Below, piece after piece: positions 27,236 through 37,316 of a stretch of DNA of 64,000 bases. The DNA comes from Bacillota bacterium (GTDB lineage Bacteria; Bacillota; Sulfobacillia; Sulfobacillales; Sulfobacillaceae), in contig JAJZZP010000046.1 of assembly GCA_021797515.1 (NCBI GenBank), positions 6,330-70,329 of the forward strand, written 5' to 3'. Below the pieces are notes generated by a model. It was given only the letters and a program-made list of their open reading frames with translations. It had not been told where the DNA came from and did no database searches. Position 1 is the first letter of the stretch. The number at the start of each line of letters is the position of its first letter. A program made the position numbers and the translations under genes.

Positions 27236-28783
27236 CTAAAATCGCTGGCCTCCATCGTCTCTGGTTTCAAGCATTTGGTCACGGAGCACCGCCTTAAGCA
27301 CCTTACCCGTTGAGTTGCGTGGCAACTGATCCACGAATCGCACATAGCGGGGTTTTTTGTAGCTTGCGAGGTGATCTCGGCAATAATTCAAGAGGTCGTC
27401 AACACTCAAGGAGTGTCCCGGGCGCAGGACAATGACCGCCATGACCGCCTCTCCCCACCGCTCGTCGGGCACGCCGACAACCGAGCACTCCAGCACGCTT
27501 TGATGACCGCTCAACACCTCTTCAATTTCCATTGGATAGATGTTTTCTCCCCCACTGATAATCATGTGTTTTTTTCTATCGACCAGGTAAAGATAGCCGT
27601 CTTCGTCCTTGCGGGCCAAGTCTCCCGTGAGACACCATCCGTCGCGAAAACTTCGAGCGGTTTCCTCCGGCAAATTCCAGTACCCCCGCACCACTGTTTT
27701 GCCCTTCAGCGCGATTTCACCGACTTCTCCTGGCGATACCTCTTGCATCAAGCCGTCGACCAGTTTAAGGTCGACGTGAAGAAACGGCTTGCCAATAGAC
27801 CCAATGCGGCCGAGCCCGTCTTCAGACGGCAGAAATGTGCCGACTGAGGTTCCTTCGGTCAATCCGTACCCTTGCACGAAGTTGGACGACAAGCGGGTGA
27901 TGGTTTGCTCAATAACGGAAGCAGACAAAGGAGCACCTCCGCATACCAGCAGGCGCAAACTGCTCCGATCATATTGCTCCAAGTCCGGTACCTTCAACAA
28001 ATCATAAATCATGGTAGGGACCGTCATTAGGGTGCTAATCCGGAACTGGGACACCGTTTGCAAGGTTTCTCGCGCTTCAAACCGCTTCGCGACAACGACG
28101 GTGCCGCCCACATGCAATAGAGGAAATGTGAGATCGTAGAGACCAGACACGTGGAACAGAGGGCAAATGACGAGCGTGGAATCATCCGCGGTCAGGCTCA
28201 GATTGACAATCTGGTTAAATGAATTCCACAGGGTGTTTTCATGAGAAATTACAGCCCCCTTAGGTCTGCCTGTGGTGCCTGACGTATAAAGCAGCAACTG
28301 GTCATCTTCCAGTTCGACATCCACATCGATGGCAAGTTCAGACGATTCGCCATCCGTTATGGCATCGTATGCCATAAAAGGGCAGCCATTTTGAGCCTCC
28401 ACGACCACTACATGTTGTATCGACGGCAACTGCTCCTGGAGAATCACCAAATCCTGGCATCGTGATTGATGTACCAGTACGCCACAGGCATCGGCATCGG
28501 AGAGCACAAACCGAATCTCATCATTTCCCAGCCGCCAATTGATCAGAACCATCACCGCGCCGATTTTGGCCAACGCAAAAAAGGTTTCCAGGTACTCCGG
28601 CACATTAGGCAACAGGACCCCCACCCTATCGCCCTTGGCAATGCCTAAACGGGTCAGCCCATTGGCCACTTGGTTGGCCCGTTGATTTAGTTCCCGGTAT
28701 GTCCATTGGCGGCCTTCCCCGATCAGCGCCATTTTTTGCGGTCGCAATTGGGCCTGCTTGTCCAATAAGGAACCAACGTTCAT
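27236..28783 (-). CDS. AMP-dependent acyl-CoA synthetase (ACS3)
   Basis: The motifs YTSGTTGRPKG, YGLTE, TGDLARKDEDG and GKVLK are present. Confidence 0.85.
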   Translation of the reverse strand: MNVGSLLDKQAQLRPQKMALIGEGRQWTYRELNQRANQVANGLTRLGIAKGDRVGVLLPNVPEYLETFFALAKIGAVMVLINWRLGNDEIRFVLSDADACGVLVHQSRCQDLVILQEQLPSIQHVVVVEAQNGCPFMAYDAITDGESSELAIDVDVELEDDQLLLYTSGTTGRPKGAVISHENTLWNSFNQIVNLSLTADDSTLVICPLFHVSGLYDLTFPLLHVGGTVVVAKRFEARETLQTVSQFRISTLMTVPTMIYDLLKVPDLEQYDRSSLRLLVCGGAPLSASVIEQTITRLSSNFVQGYGLTEGTSVGTFLPSEDGLGRIGSIGKPFLHVDLKLVDGLMQEVSPGEVGEIALKGKTVVRGYWNLPEETARSFRDGWCLTGDLARKDEDGYLYLVDRKKHMIISGGENIYPMEIEEVLSGHQSVLECSVVGVPDERWGEAVMAVIVLRPGHSLSVDDLLNYCRDHLASYKKPRYVRFVDQLPRNSTGKVLKAVLRDQMLETRDDGGQRF

Positions 28784-28785
28784 GG

Positions 28786-29538
28786 CTAGTCTTCTGCCTT
28801 ATCGTGAGAAGGCCTGGTTAGTTGATGTTTAGCCAATTCTTCGGTTTTGTTCAGACCATACCGTTCATAAAATCGCTCCGGCACTGCGGTTGGATCCTTG
28901 TAAAAATACCAGGTGCACCAATGGTCGGGAGAAGTCGGGGGATCCAATGGGTAGAGCGGTGCGCCGCTCCATTCTATCGGCATCAGTTCATTCATCAAGG
29001 TGCAGTGTGAACAGTAATAGGGAAATTTTTCCCGGTTAAAGGACCACGGGTGAGGCTTTTCGGTCAACCCGTAACTTTTCGGTGGATCATAGAACCCTTG
29101 GCGCCAAAGTCGCTGCCCACTCCCGCAGGGAGTCAAAGTAAACGTTAATTTCTCTTCGTCCTCGGCCACGGTAAATGATCCCGCATCGGGACCCACCCCG
29201 CTGGTGCTGTGCGCTCTCCATGTTGCAGCCAATGCCATTGCAATCCGGCGTCGATCACGTTTGCCGATTTCGTCGACCGCGTCCTTCCAGACTTTCTCCG
29301 TCATATACCGCAACGCATCGCCCACACTGTCTTCATTAATCGTGTCCCCGATATAGGTTAGCAACGCCGCCAGGGATTCGACCATCAAATCATGAAGAAA
29401 GCCCCATTCCCGTTTCATCTCACCGCTTACTTTAATGGCGTCTTCTAGTTTGCCCTCACGAATCTTCTCAATAATCCGATCCATCGTCGGCTGGCTCATT
29501 TGGTTTAACGTGTCTTCGTCGAACCACATATCACCCAT
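28786..29538 (-). CDS. Conserved-looking hypothetical protein, Cys/His/Trp-rich C-terminal half
   Basis: The 250-aa product reads ..LTPCGSGQRLW..YYCSHCTLMNE..HWCTWYFY... It is tightly packed between ACS3 (2-nt gap) and an SDR (19-nt gap). No family was recognised. The start may be 3 codons downstream. Confidence 0.6.
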   Translation of the reverse strand: MGDMWFDEDTLNQMSQPTMDRIIEKIREGKLEDAIKVSGEMKREWGFLHDLMVESLAALLTYIGDTINEDSVGDALRYMTEKVWKDAVDEIGKRDRRRIAMALAATWRAHSTSGVGPDAGSFTVAEDEEKLTFTLTPCGSGQRLWRQGFYDPPKSYGLTEKPHPWSFNREKFPYYCSHCTLMNELMPIEWSGAPLYPLDPPTSPDHWCTWYFYKDPTAVPERFYERYGLNKTEELAKHQLTRPSHDKAED

Positions 29539-29557
29539 CCTCTCTTGATCCTCGGTG

Positions 29558-30340
29558 CTAGGTGCGTATCTGTGCCAACGTCACCGGATTGCAATGTGCC
29601 CCACCATCAACGGGAATGGTGGCACCGGTGATATAGCCCGCCTGATCCGAAACCAAAAACGCCACCAAGGCCGCTACGTCCTCGGGTGTTCCAAAGCGTC
29701 CCGCTGGAATCAACTTGATGGTTTGTTCTTGCAATGGAGAAGGCAGCGCGTTCACTGCAGTCGTGCCGATCATGCCAGGCAATATGGCATTGCAGGTGAT
29801 ACCCGAGGCCGCGTATTCCAACGCGATGGTCTGCGTCAACCCTAAAATCCCGGCTTTAGATGCCGCATAGCTTGGCTGCCGATCCAGACCGTTAATCGCG
29901 GCAATGGAACTCATATTGACAATACGGCCCCATCGCTCCTGGCCCATGATGGGCAAAAAGCACCGTGAACCATAAAATACTGATGTCAAATTCACCTCTA
30001 TCTCCCGTTGCCAGCGATCAATCGGCATGTTCTCTGTCTTGGCAATATTATTGGTGATGCCCGCATTATTGACGAGAATCGTCACCGGCCCCAACCGCTC
30101 TTGCGCCAGATCCGCGATCTGTTCGAAGAATTCATATTGGGAAACATCGCCTTGACCTGCGAGCACTTCCACTCCACTGCTTTCCAGCAGGTCTTTGGTC
30201 TTCTGCAGTGAGGCCTCCCGATCTACGATAACGAGCCGGTAGCCGTCTTGTCCTAACCGCAACGCAATAGCACGCCCGATGCCCCTTGCGGCTCCCGTCA
30301 CCAAAGCAACCCGGGGATTTGATCTCGGTTTGTTTACCAT
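29558..30340 (-). CDS. Short-chain dehydrogenase/reductase (FabG-like)
   Basis: The motifs TGAARGIG, NNAG and the catalytic YAASK are present. The gene overlaps the upstream SDR by 7 nt. Confidence 0.85.
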   Translation of the reverse strand: MVNKPRSNPRVALVTGAARGIGRAIALRLGQDGYRLVIVDREASLQKTKDLLESSGVEVLAGQGDVSQYEFFEQIADLAQERLGPVTILVNNAGITNNIAKTENMPIDRWQREIEVNLTSVFYGSRCFLPIMGQERWGRIVNMSSIAAINGLDRQPSYAASKAGILGLTQTIALEYAASGITCNAILPGMIGTTAVNALPSPLQEQTIKLIPAGRFGTPEDVAALVAFLVSDQAGYITGATIPVDGGAHCNPVTLAQIRT

Positions 30341-31089
30341 GCTGAAACACCTCCATCAATAAACAGCGTTTGACCCGTGATATAGCTGGATTCATCCGAG
30401 GCTAAGAACACCACGCCTGCAGCAATTTCGTTTGGCGTCCCCACCCGTCCGAGGGGCGTTCGTGACAACACCGGATTGATAAATTCTTCACTGTTGCCTA
30501 CTAACTCGGCCACTCCGACGCCCATGAATCCTGGCGCAATCGCGTTCACACGGATGCCATGGGGACCCCACTCTCCGGCAAGTTGCTCCGTCAGTTTAAC
30601 CAACGCTGCTTTGCTGATGGCATAGGCCCCAATTCCGGCAATACCCACTTTGGCCGCCGAAGACGCTACGTTTATGATCGCTCCGTTTTTCTGAGACATC
30701 ATCGACGGAGCACACGCTTGAGCACATTCGAAGGCTCCTATGACGTTGACCTCAAACAATTTCTTTAGTCCTTCGGCCCGGGTGTTTCTCATCGGCGCGG
30801 CAAACGGGCTGATGCCCGCGTTATTGATCAGCACGTCAATACGGCCGTACCTCCCCAGGACCTGCTCCACCAGGTTGTCTATGCTCGCCCTATTCGTCAC
30901 ATCCAAACGCGCCGCCAGGACACCATCCGATGGCATTTCGCGGGCCATAGCCTCGCACGCTTCCAAATGCCGGCTAGCCACGACCACCTTCGCCCCGGCA
31001 TCTACCAAAGCGTGGGTTATGATGCGGCCAAGACCCCCGCTGCTTCCGGTAACAATCGCTGTTTTGCCAGTTAAGTCTAGCGTATACAT
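30334..31089 (-). CDS. Short-chain dehydrogenase/reductase
   Basis: The motifs TGSSGGLG, NNAG and YAISK are present. Confidence 0.85.
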   Translation of the reverse strand: MYTLDLTGKTAIVTGSSGGLGRIITHALVDAGAKVVVASRHLEACEAMAREMPSDGVLAARLDVTNRASIDNLVEQVLGRYGRIDVLINNAGISPFAAPMRNTRAEGLKKLFEVNVIGAFECAQACAPSMMSQKNGAIINVASSAAKVGIAGIGAYAISKAALVKLTEQLAGEWGPHGIRVNAIAPGFMGVGVAELVGNSEEFINPVLSRTPLGRVGTPNEIAAGVVFLASDESSYITGQTLFIDGGVSAW

Positions 31090-31095
31090 AAAAAA

Positions 31096-32676
31096 TTAAC
31101 CTCCCATGGTCCTTAATGCATCTTTAAGGACCTTGCCGCCAGGATTGCGAGGCAGAGCATCTGTAATATCCACAAATTCCGGCACCATGTACCGGGCCAG
31201 CGCGGATTGGCAATATTCCCTGATTTCCTGAGGAGTCGCGGATTGCCCAGGCTTTAGCACCACAACCGCTTTAACCCGCTCCCCCCAGACATCATCGGTC
31301 ACTCCAAAAACAGCCGCCTCCAGTATCGTTGGATGTTGGAAGAGAACATTTTCCACCTCAATCGAATAAATATTTTGCCCTCCCCGGATAATCATGTCTT
31401 TAATTCGGTCCATAACGTAAATGTATCCGTCCTCATCAATGCGCCCCACGTCACCAGTTTTCAGCCACCCATCGACAATGGTACCCTCGGTCGCACGCGT
31501 GTTGTTCCAATATCCCGTAATAACCGAAGGCCCTTTGATCAACAACTCTCCAACGCCCCCATCCCTGCTTAGGGGGTCCACACGCACCTCCATGGTGGGA
31601 GTGGCTATGCCAACCGAATCGGGCTTTGCCAAAGCTTTGTCGTCCGGCAGCATCGTCGCGATGGAAGTACTTTCCGTCAGTCCCCATACATTTCCTAAAC
31701 GCACCGCCGGAAAGCGTGTTTTTAACCGACGTATCAGATCCACAGGAGCGGGCGAGCCCCCATAGACGATATACCGCAATGACGACAAATCCCGTTCTGC
31801 CAGCAAAGGCGAGTCAAGCAAAAACCAAAACATCGTAGCCACGCCAATCGCAATGGAAATTTTTTCCTTCTCCAATTGCATAATAAAGTCGTCCGTTTTG
31901 AAATAGGGCCGGATCACACTCGTCGCGCCTGCGTACAGCATCGCCGTCAATTGCGAATTAACGGCGGTGGCGTGAAACAAGGGAGCCACCACCAGCGTCC
32001 GGTCCTCAGGTGTTACACCCATCAGTCGCGTGGCGTTCATCGCGTTGGAAATCAAGTTGCGATGACTTTGCACAGCGCCTTTAGGCACTCCCGTAGTTCC
32101 CGAAGTATATAGCAGCGCTGCGGGAGCGGCTTCATCGATTGGGGGCAACGCATAAGGACGCCGATTGGCAGCAAAGATCTCCCATGGTACCGTGTGACCA
32201 CCGCCGTCGCCACCCAGTTCCACAACAGTGCGCAGGTTCGATGGCAGGTCCTCCAAGGTTTGCCAAATGGCATGTTCCACCATCAGCAGTTTGGTTCCCG
32301 AATCATGCAGCATAAACCCCAGTTTGTCTGACTTTAGGCGAGCATTTAGCACCACCGCAATGGCACCCACTTGCTGAGCCGCATAATACCCCACGGCAAA
32401 CTCAAGTCTATTCTCCATCAAAAGTCCAACACGATCACCGGGTTGAATTCCATAGAAAGTCAACGACTCGGCGGTTTCGCGCACCTTGCGGTTAAACTCT
32501 GAAAATGTCCAGCGGACCTGGTTAAACACCAGACATTCCCGATTGCCCCATCGGGCAACACTGTCGTCCAACACCTGATTTAGGGAGGCAGGCCTGGGGT
32601 AATACATCCTCATGCGAACCCCGTTGACCGTCTCTTCCCGAATATCCGCCGATGCGTCAATCGGAATACTCTCCAT
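31096..32676 (-). CDS. AMP-dependent acyl-CoA synthetase (ACS4)
   Basis: The motifs YTSGTTGVPKG, WGLTE, TGDVGRIDEDG and GKVLK are present. The start was set at MESIPI, which has GGGGAGG upstream. Confidence 0.85.
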   Translation of the reverse strand: MESIPIDASADIREETVNGVRMRMYYPRPASLNQVLDDSVARWGNRECLVFNQVRWTFSEFNRKVRETAESLTFYGIQPGDRVGLLMENRLEFAVGYYAAQQVGAIAVVLNARLKSDKLGFMLHDSGTKLLMVEHAIWQTLEDLPSNLRTVVELGGDGGGHTVPWEIFAANRRPYALPPIDEAAPAALLYTSGTTGVPKGAVQSHRNLISNAMNATRLMGVTPEDRTLVVAPLFHATAVNSQLTAMLYAGATSVIRPYFKTDDFIMQLEKEKISIAIGVATMFWFLLDSPLLAERDLSSLRYIVYGGSPAPVDLIRRLKTRFPAVRLGNVWGLTESTSIATMLPDDKALAKPDSVGIATPTMEVRVDPLSRDGGVGELLIKGPSVITGYWNNTRATEGTIVDGWLKTGDVGRIDEDGYIYVMDRIKDMIIRGGQNIYSIEVENVLFQHPTILEAAVFGVTDDVWGERVKAVVVLKPGQSATPQEIREYCQSALARYMVPEFVDITDALPRNPGGKVLKDALRTMGG

Positions 32677-32730
32677 AATCGTCCTCCCCGATCCCTCTAT
32701 TGGGTTCTGGCGATACACTACCAGGCTACG

Positions 32731-35037
32731 TTAATAGACCTCGAATTCATCGAGCAGCGGATCATCTGCGCGTGCCACCTCACTGGCCAACAACGTCGCA
32801 CATTTTGGACAGTAAAACTCTCGGAATTCCATCGGCACATCGATAAACCGCGCCGGATCCTCGTAGTAGAATCCCGCCTGTGAGATAGGAGCCCGCCACA
32901 AAGCCAGATATTGTTTCACGTTGCCGGGAGCCGATCCCAACACCAAGCCACACTGATTGCATCCGTAGACCCGGTCGCCCCCTTTCTCGGAAACCAACGC
33001 AATCTGATCTCCAAGAATCCGTATGGCATCTCGAGAGAAATAGCGGACAGCCTGCTCTGGCGGCTTATGCGCCCGACCCAGGCGCCCCTGGCGAATTTCG
33101 CTGCGTCGGGTTTCGGTTTTCAGCTCATCAACGAGGCCGTCCCCGCCGATGACTACGCCATAGACTATGGCGGCAAACGAGCTGGTAACGATGCCTTTTT
33201 TGAGGTCGCCCAGCACCCGCTGAGGGTCACGCAAGATGGGGTCACCAAATCCGGCGGAGGATCCCCAATTCCACTCCACCACATCGGATAGGCCGACTGG
33301 TATAGGCAGTCCTTTGTTCGTACATAACTCGAGCTTCCCACTCAATTCTTCTAATGACTGCGGCACACGCCCCCCGGCCATGGCACTCCGTACCGAACTG
33401 TTATGCATGATGCGCGCATTGTTGCAGGAACCAGGATACCCTCCCGCAATCCCTGATGTCTTGGGCACCCCTTCCGCCGTTGCCACCGCCACCGCAAGAT
33501 AAGACCCATCGTAGGGAACATACCCCACAAGGCCTCCGTTACCCCCGCGGGTTCGGCCTGCGCCCCCCGAGTTGATCTGCTCTCGGCGATATAAATAGAG
33601 GACGGGCCATATGGATTCGTAATATTCCACGTTGGGTCCTCGCCCTTCGGGAATCCAGAAACTTCCGTCGCCCACCACCCCGTCAGTCTTGGGAGTAGCG
33701 CCCCGGGTTCCAATCATTTGGTCCGTTAAGGTGACAATGGCTGGCTTGCCGTATTGGTCGAGCCCGGCCAATAGGGTGCTGCCCCATTGAGCGGGCCCGG
33801 TGGTCAGCGCAAAGTTATGCAGCGTTTCAGAACAGGAGAGCATTTTGGCTACCACCGCGTTAGCCATAGCGATGGCCAATTCCGTGGCATAAATACCAGC
33901 GGGACTAACCGCCGCTCCAAAATCTGGACACGTCATCGTGCCGGGGCTCGGTTCAAATACACAATGGCGCGCGACCGCTCCTATAAATGCGGTAAACCCG
34001 CCTAATGCCCCCATCTGCTCGGGAAGCATCAAGACGTTGAGAACTCCTAAAATGGCGCCTCTCCATCCAGCAAAAGGCAAATTCGCCGATCCCTTTTGCG
34101 GATCAGTCCCTTCGTTTTGAAATATGAGTTGGTCGCCGCGTTTGGTGAGCGTCATCATCCATTGGTACACACCACGGTCGCCCGTGACCGCGACTTCTTG
34201 ATACGAGCGTTCTCGCCAAGTCCCATCAGGTATGAGCTGCAGCCGCTCTAACAGCGCGACTTCACTGGCATGGATAATACGACGCATGGCCGCTTTAACC
34301 ACAGGAGCGCCATAACGTGTGACCAACTCTAAAATCCGGTCCTTCGCCACATTATTCCCAGCCACCCCCGCCCTAAGGTCCAGCGAGAGGGCCGTGGGCA
34401 ACCTCGATTGGCGCTTGTAAAGATCCTCGATTTGCCGCACGATGCGCCCTCGTTCAACGATTTTTATCGGGGGAAAACACGGAGGGTCGTGAAAGATGTC
34501 AGCCGCATCAGGGCAAAAACTTCCAGGCGTTGTGCCTCCCACGTCTGCTTGATGCATAGCATTGGCGACCCAGCAAAAGAGTCTGCCCTCGACAAAAACT
34601 GGACACAACAGCCCGACATCTGGTTGATGCGCCGTGCCCACCCAGGGATCATTTTGCAAAAACATATCGCCGTCAAAGATCCCCGGATCCTCACTGCGGT
34701 TTTCCATGGTCCATTTCACCATCAAATCCATCATGCCAGACATATACTGCAAATGCGGCCCAAAGAACACAAAGTCCGCATCCTCAGTCAAGATCACGGT
34801 TTGAAAGTCACGCGTCTCCAGAGTAATGGGAGACACTGCCAATTTTTCGATAGTCTTGCCATGTTCGAGGTTTATATTTTGCAGTGCGTGCCGAATGACT
34901 TCGAACGTGATCGGGTCCACTTGATCCACTTGTTCTGTGTGTAACGGCAGGCTGTCGTGGATGTTTAAGTGGTCTCCCGGAATATAGGAGTGTTCCACGC
35001 CATTCCAATAGTGCGGTCCATCTGGTACTGTGGCCAT
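32731..35037 (-). CDS. Hydantoinase B/oxoprolinase-family subunit (acetone-carboxylase alpha-like) with a C-terminal gamma-subunit-like zinc ribbon, paralog 2
   Basis: A HyuB core is followed by the tail YGCNQCGLVLG...EFREFYCPKCATLLASEV. The start is ambiguous between the TTG at 35046 and the ATG at 35037. Confidence 0.85.
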   Translation of the reverse strand: MATVPDGPHYWNGVEHSYIPGDHLNIHDSLPLHTEQVDQVDPITFEVIRHALQNINLEHGKTIEKLAVSPITLETRDFQTVILTEDADFVFFGPHLQYMSGMMDLMVKWTMENRSEDPGIFDGDMFLQNDPWVGTAHQPDVGLLCPVFVEGRLFCWVANAMHQADVGGTTPGSFCPDAADIFHDPPCFPPIKIVERGRIVRQIEDLYKRQSRLPTALSLDLRAGVAGNNVAKDRILELVTRYGAPVVKAAMRRIIHASEVALLERLQLIPDGTWRERSYQEVAVTGDRGVYQWMMTLTKRGDQLIFQNEGTDPQKGSANLPFAGWRGAILGVLNVLMLPEQMGALGGFTAFIGAVARHCVFEPSPGTMTCPDFGAAVSPAGIYATELAIAMANAVVAKMLSCSETLHNFALTTGPAQWGSTLLAGLDQYGKPAIVTLTDQMIGTRGATPKTDGVVGDGSFWIPEGRGPNVEYYESIWPVLYLYRREQINSGGAGRTRGGNGGLVGYVPYDGSYLAVAVATAEGVPKTSGIAGGYPGSCNNARIMHNSSVRSAMAGGRVPQSLEELSGKLELCTNKGLPIPVGLSDVVEWNWGSSAGFGDPILRDPQRVLGDLKKGIVTSSFAAIVYGVVIGGDGLVDELKTETRRSEIRQGRLGRAHKPPEQAVRYFSRDAIRILGDQIALVSEKGGDRVYGCNQCGLVLGSAPGNVKQYLALWRAPISQAGFYYEDPARFIDVPMEFREFYCPKCATLLASEVARADDPLLDEFEVY

Positions 35038-35065
35038 AGTGCTCAATTACCTCCTTTCGTCGTCC

Positions 35066-37159
35066 TTACAACTGCAAAATGAAATTGCCGAATGCATCAC
35101 GCGACAGGGACTGCCCAGGCTGTATTACGATTGCCGTATCCGGCAATTCTACAATCGAAGGCCCTGCCACGCGGACGCCCACCCCGAGTGCTAGCCCATC
35201 AAAAATCTCTGTGGTCACAAATTGTTTCTGATCATGCCAGTAGACATCGCGAGGAAGTTTTCGCGCATCGTCTAGACTTCCCTGGGAGTCATAGAGGGTT
35301 TTGAGAACCATTCCTCTGGTGCCAATAGCCTCGCATCGCACCGATACCAACTCGATCCCAGCTCCTAACACGCGGGCTCCCGGTCCATAAAGTCGCCTAT
35401 AGGAATCCTCAAAATTCCTCACAAAAACCGCGACGTCTTCGGGCGACCCAAATCGCCCTTGCGGCAACTCGACTTCCACTTCATGCGTTTGTCCTTGATA
35501 CCGTAGTTTTCCGTAATTTTGAAACATGACATTGTCATCTACGATGCCTTGAGACCGAATTGCTTCACCCGCCACCGATTCCAATTCGTTAAATGTGGCG
35601 TTTAAAATTCCGGGATCAAATGGTGCAGTTAATAACAGTTCCCGCTCTCTGATGTCCTTAAAATCGGCAAAAGCTGCCCCAAATGCGGACCATACCGACG
35701 AGGTGTCTCCGGCCGGAATCACGACCATTTTTGCCCCCAAAACCTGAGCGTATGAGCCGGCATGAAGTGGTCCTGCACCACCATAGGAGAAAATGGCAAA
35801 ATCTCGGGGGTCATATCCGCGGGCAATGGTTTCTTGGTGTAAAAGATCCGCCATCCGTGCATCGGAAATGGTTAATATGCCTTGGGCCACTTCGGTTGTC
35901 GATAGACCTAATTGATTGCCTAATTCAGTTAGCACGCCCATCGCTAGATCTTTTTGGATCCGGATACTTTCCCCAAACTTGGTATTATCAGGAATATACC
36001 CCAAAAAGACATTCGCATCGGTCACGGTGGCATTTTTCCCGCCACGGCCGTAACAGGCAGGCCCCGGAAAGGCGCCCGCACTTTGCGGCCCCACGCGAAG
36101 AGAGCCGCTGGCTTGATCCACCCAAGCCACGCTGCCGCCGCCGGCACCTATGGATTCAATATCTATTTTAGGTATGGTGTAATGAAATTGATTGATGACA
36201 TTGACATCGCTCACGGTTGTCTTATTATCCGCTATGATCCCGACATCAAACGAGGTGCCACCCATGTCTGTAGCAATCACATTCGGATAATTCAATTGAC
36301 GGGCGAGAAACTGAGAGGCGGTAATCCCAGCAACGGGTCCCGAGTCAAGCGTTATAAGCGGCAATTCCCTTGCCTGTTTGACAGATACGGCACCCCCTCC
36401 ACACTGCATAATGAGAAGGTTAGAGGTAAAACCCCGTTGGCGTAAGTCGATCTCGACACCATCTAAATATCGGGAGACTTTTGGCCCAATATACGCATTG
36501 ATCACTGCGGCACTGTAGCGTTCATATTCTCCCAACCTGGGAGACACCTCATGAGAGGTGGTGACAAAGATGTGGGGCGCCACTCGATGAACAATTTCTT
36601 TAGCGAGAAGCTCGTGCCGCGGATCTTTGAAGCTCCATAAAAAGGCCACCGCGATAGCTTCGCATCCTTGTTTGATCAAAAACCTTGCGGCATCCTCTAC
36701 TTGTGCTTGGTTGAGCGCAACCACTTCCCGCCCCGCATAGTCAATTCTCTCATCAATTTCGACAATCATATCGTAATCAACTAAGGGCTCTGGTTTGCGG
36801 GTTGTGGTCACGGAGAAGAGTTGCTCAACCGGAAGGCCTGCTGTACGACCCATGCCGCGCTGCATCAACAGACCGTCCTTGTGTCCCCGAGTGGTAATCA
36901 AGCCGACCTTAGCACCGTGTAATTCGATCATAATATTCGTGGCGATGGTGGTCCCCAAAACTATGGTGTCGACTTCCCGAAGAAATCCGGTGAGATCACG
37001 TCCAGTCTTTTTCGCGATGCGGCCCAATCCCTCTAAAACGCCTTGGTTGAAATCGTCTGGTGTAGTAGGAGCCTTCCCTATCTCAAGATTTCCCTCGGCG
37101 TCGACCGCCACACAATCAGTAAACGTGCCGCCAATATCTACTCCAACCTGATACGTCAT
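35066..37159 (-). CDS. Hydantoinase A/oxoprolinase-family subunit, paralog 2
   Basis: The motifs MTYQVGVDIGGTFTDCV and IATDMGGTSFD are present. GGGAGGA lies upstream of the start. Confidence 0.9.
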   Translation of the reverse strand: MTYQVGVDIGGTFTDCVAVDAEGNLEIGKAPTTPDDFNQGVLEGLGRIAKKTGRDLTGFLREVDTIVLGTTIATNIMIELHGAKVGLITTRGHKDGLLMQRGMGRTAGLPVEQLFSVTTTRKPEPLVDYDMIVEIDERIDYAGREVVALNQAQVEDAARFLIKQGCEAIAVAFLWSFKDPRHELLAKEIVHRVAPHIFVTTSHEVSPRLGEYERYSAAVINAYIGPKVSRYLDGVEIDLRQRGFTSNLLIMQCGGGAVSVKQARELPLITLDSGPVAGITASQFLARQLNYPNVIATDMGGTSFDVGIIADNKTTVSDVNVINQFHYTIPKIDIESIGAGGGSVAWVDQASGSLRVGPQSAGAFPGPACYGRGGKNATVTDANVFLGYIPDNTKFGESIRIQKDLAMGVLTELGNQLGLSTTEVAQGILTISDARMADLLHQETIARGYDPRDFAIFSYGGAGPLHAGSYAQVLGAKMVVIPAGDTSSVWSAFGAAFADFKDIRERELLLTAPFDPGILNATFNELESVAGEAIRSQGIVDDNVMFQNYGKLRYQGQTHEVEVELPQGRFGSPEDVAVFVRNFEDSYRRLYGPGARVLGAGIELVSVRCEAIGTRGMVLKTLYDSQGSLDDARKLPRDVYWHDQKQFVTTEIFDGLALGVGVRVAGPSIVELPDTAIVIQPGQSLSRDAFGNFILQL

Positions 37160-37316
37160 GACAGATTCCTCCCTGCCTCACTCTTCTCGTGGCGGAACCA
37201 AATCGGTATATCCTGAATTCTTTTGGCACTGTTACGTAAACCGCCAAAATTTCCCCGTGCCAGCCCTGACAAAGCCTATTCATCTACCAATCTATCCAAT
37301 CAATGCTAACAAATTT

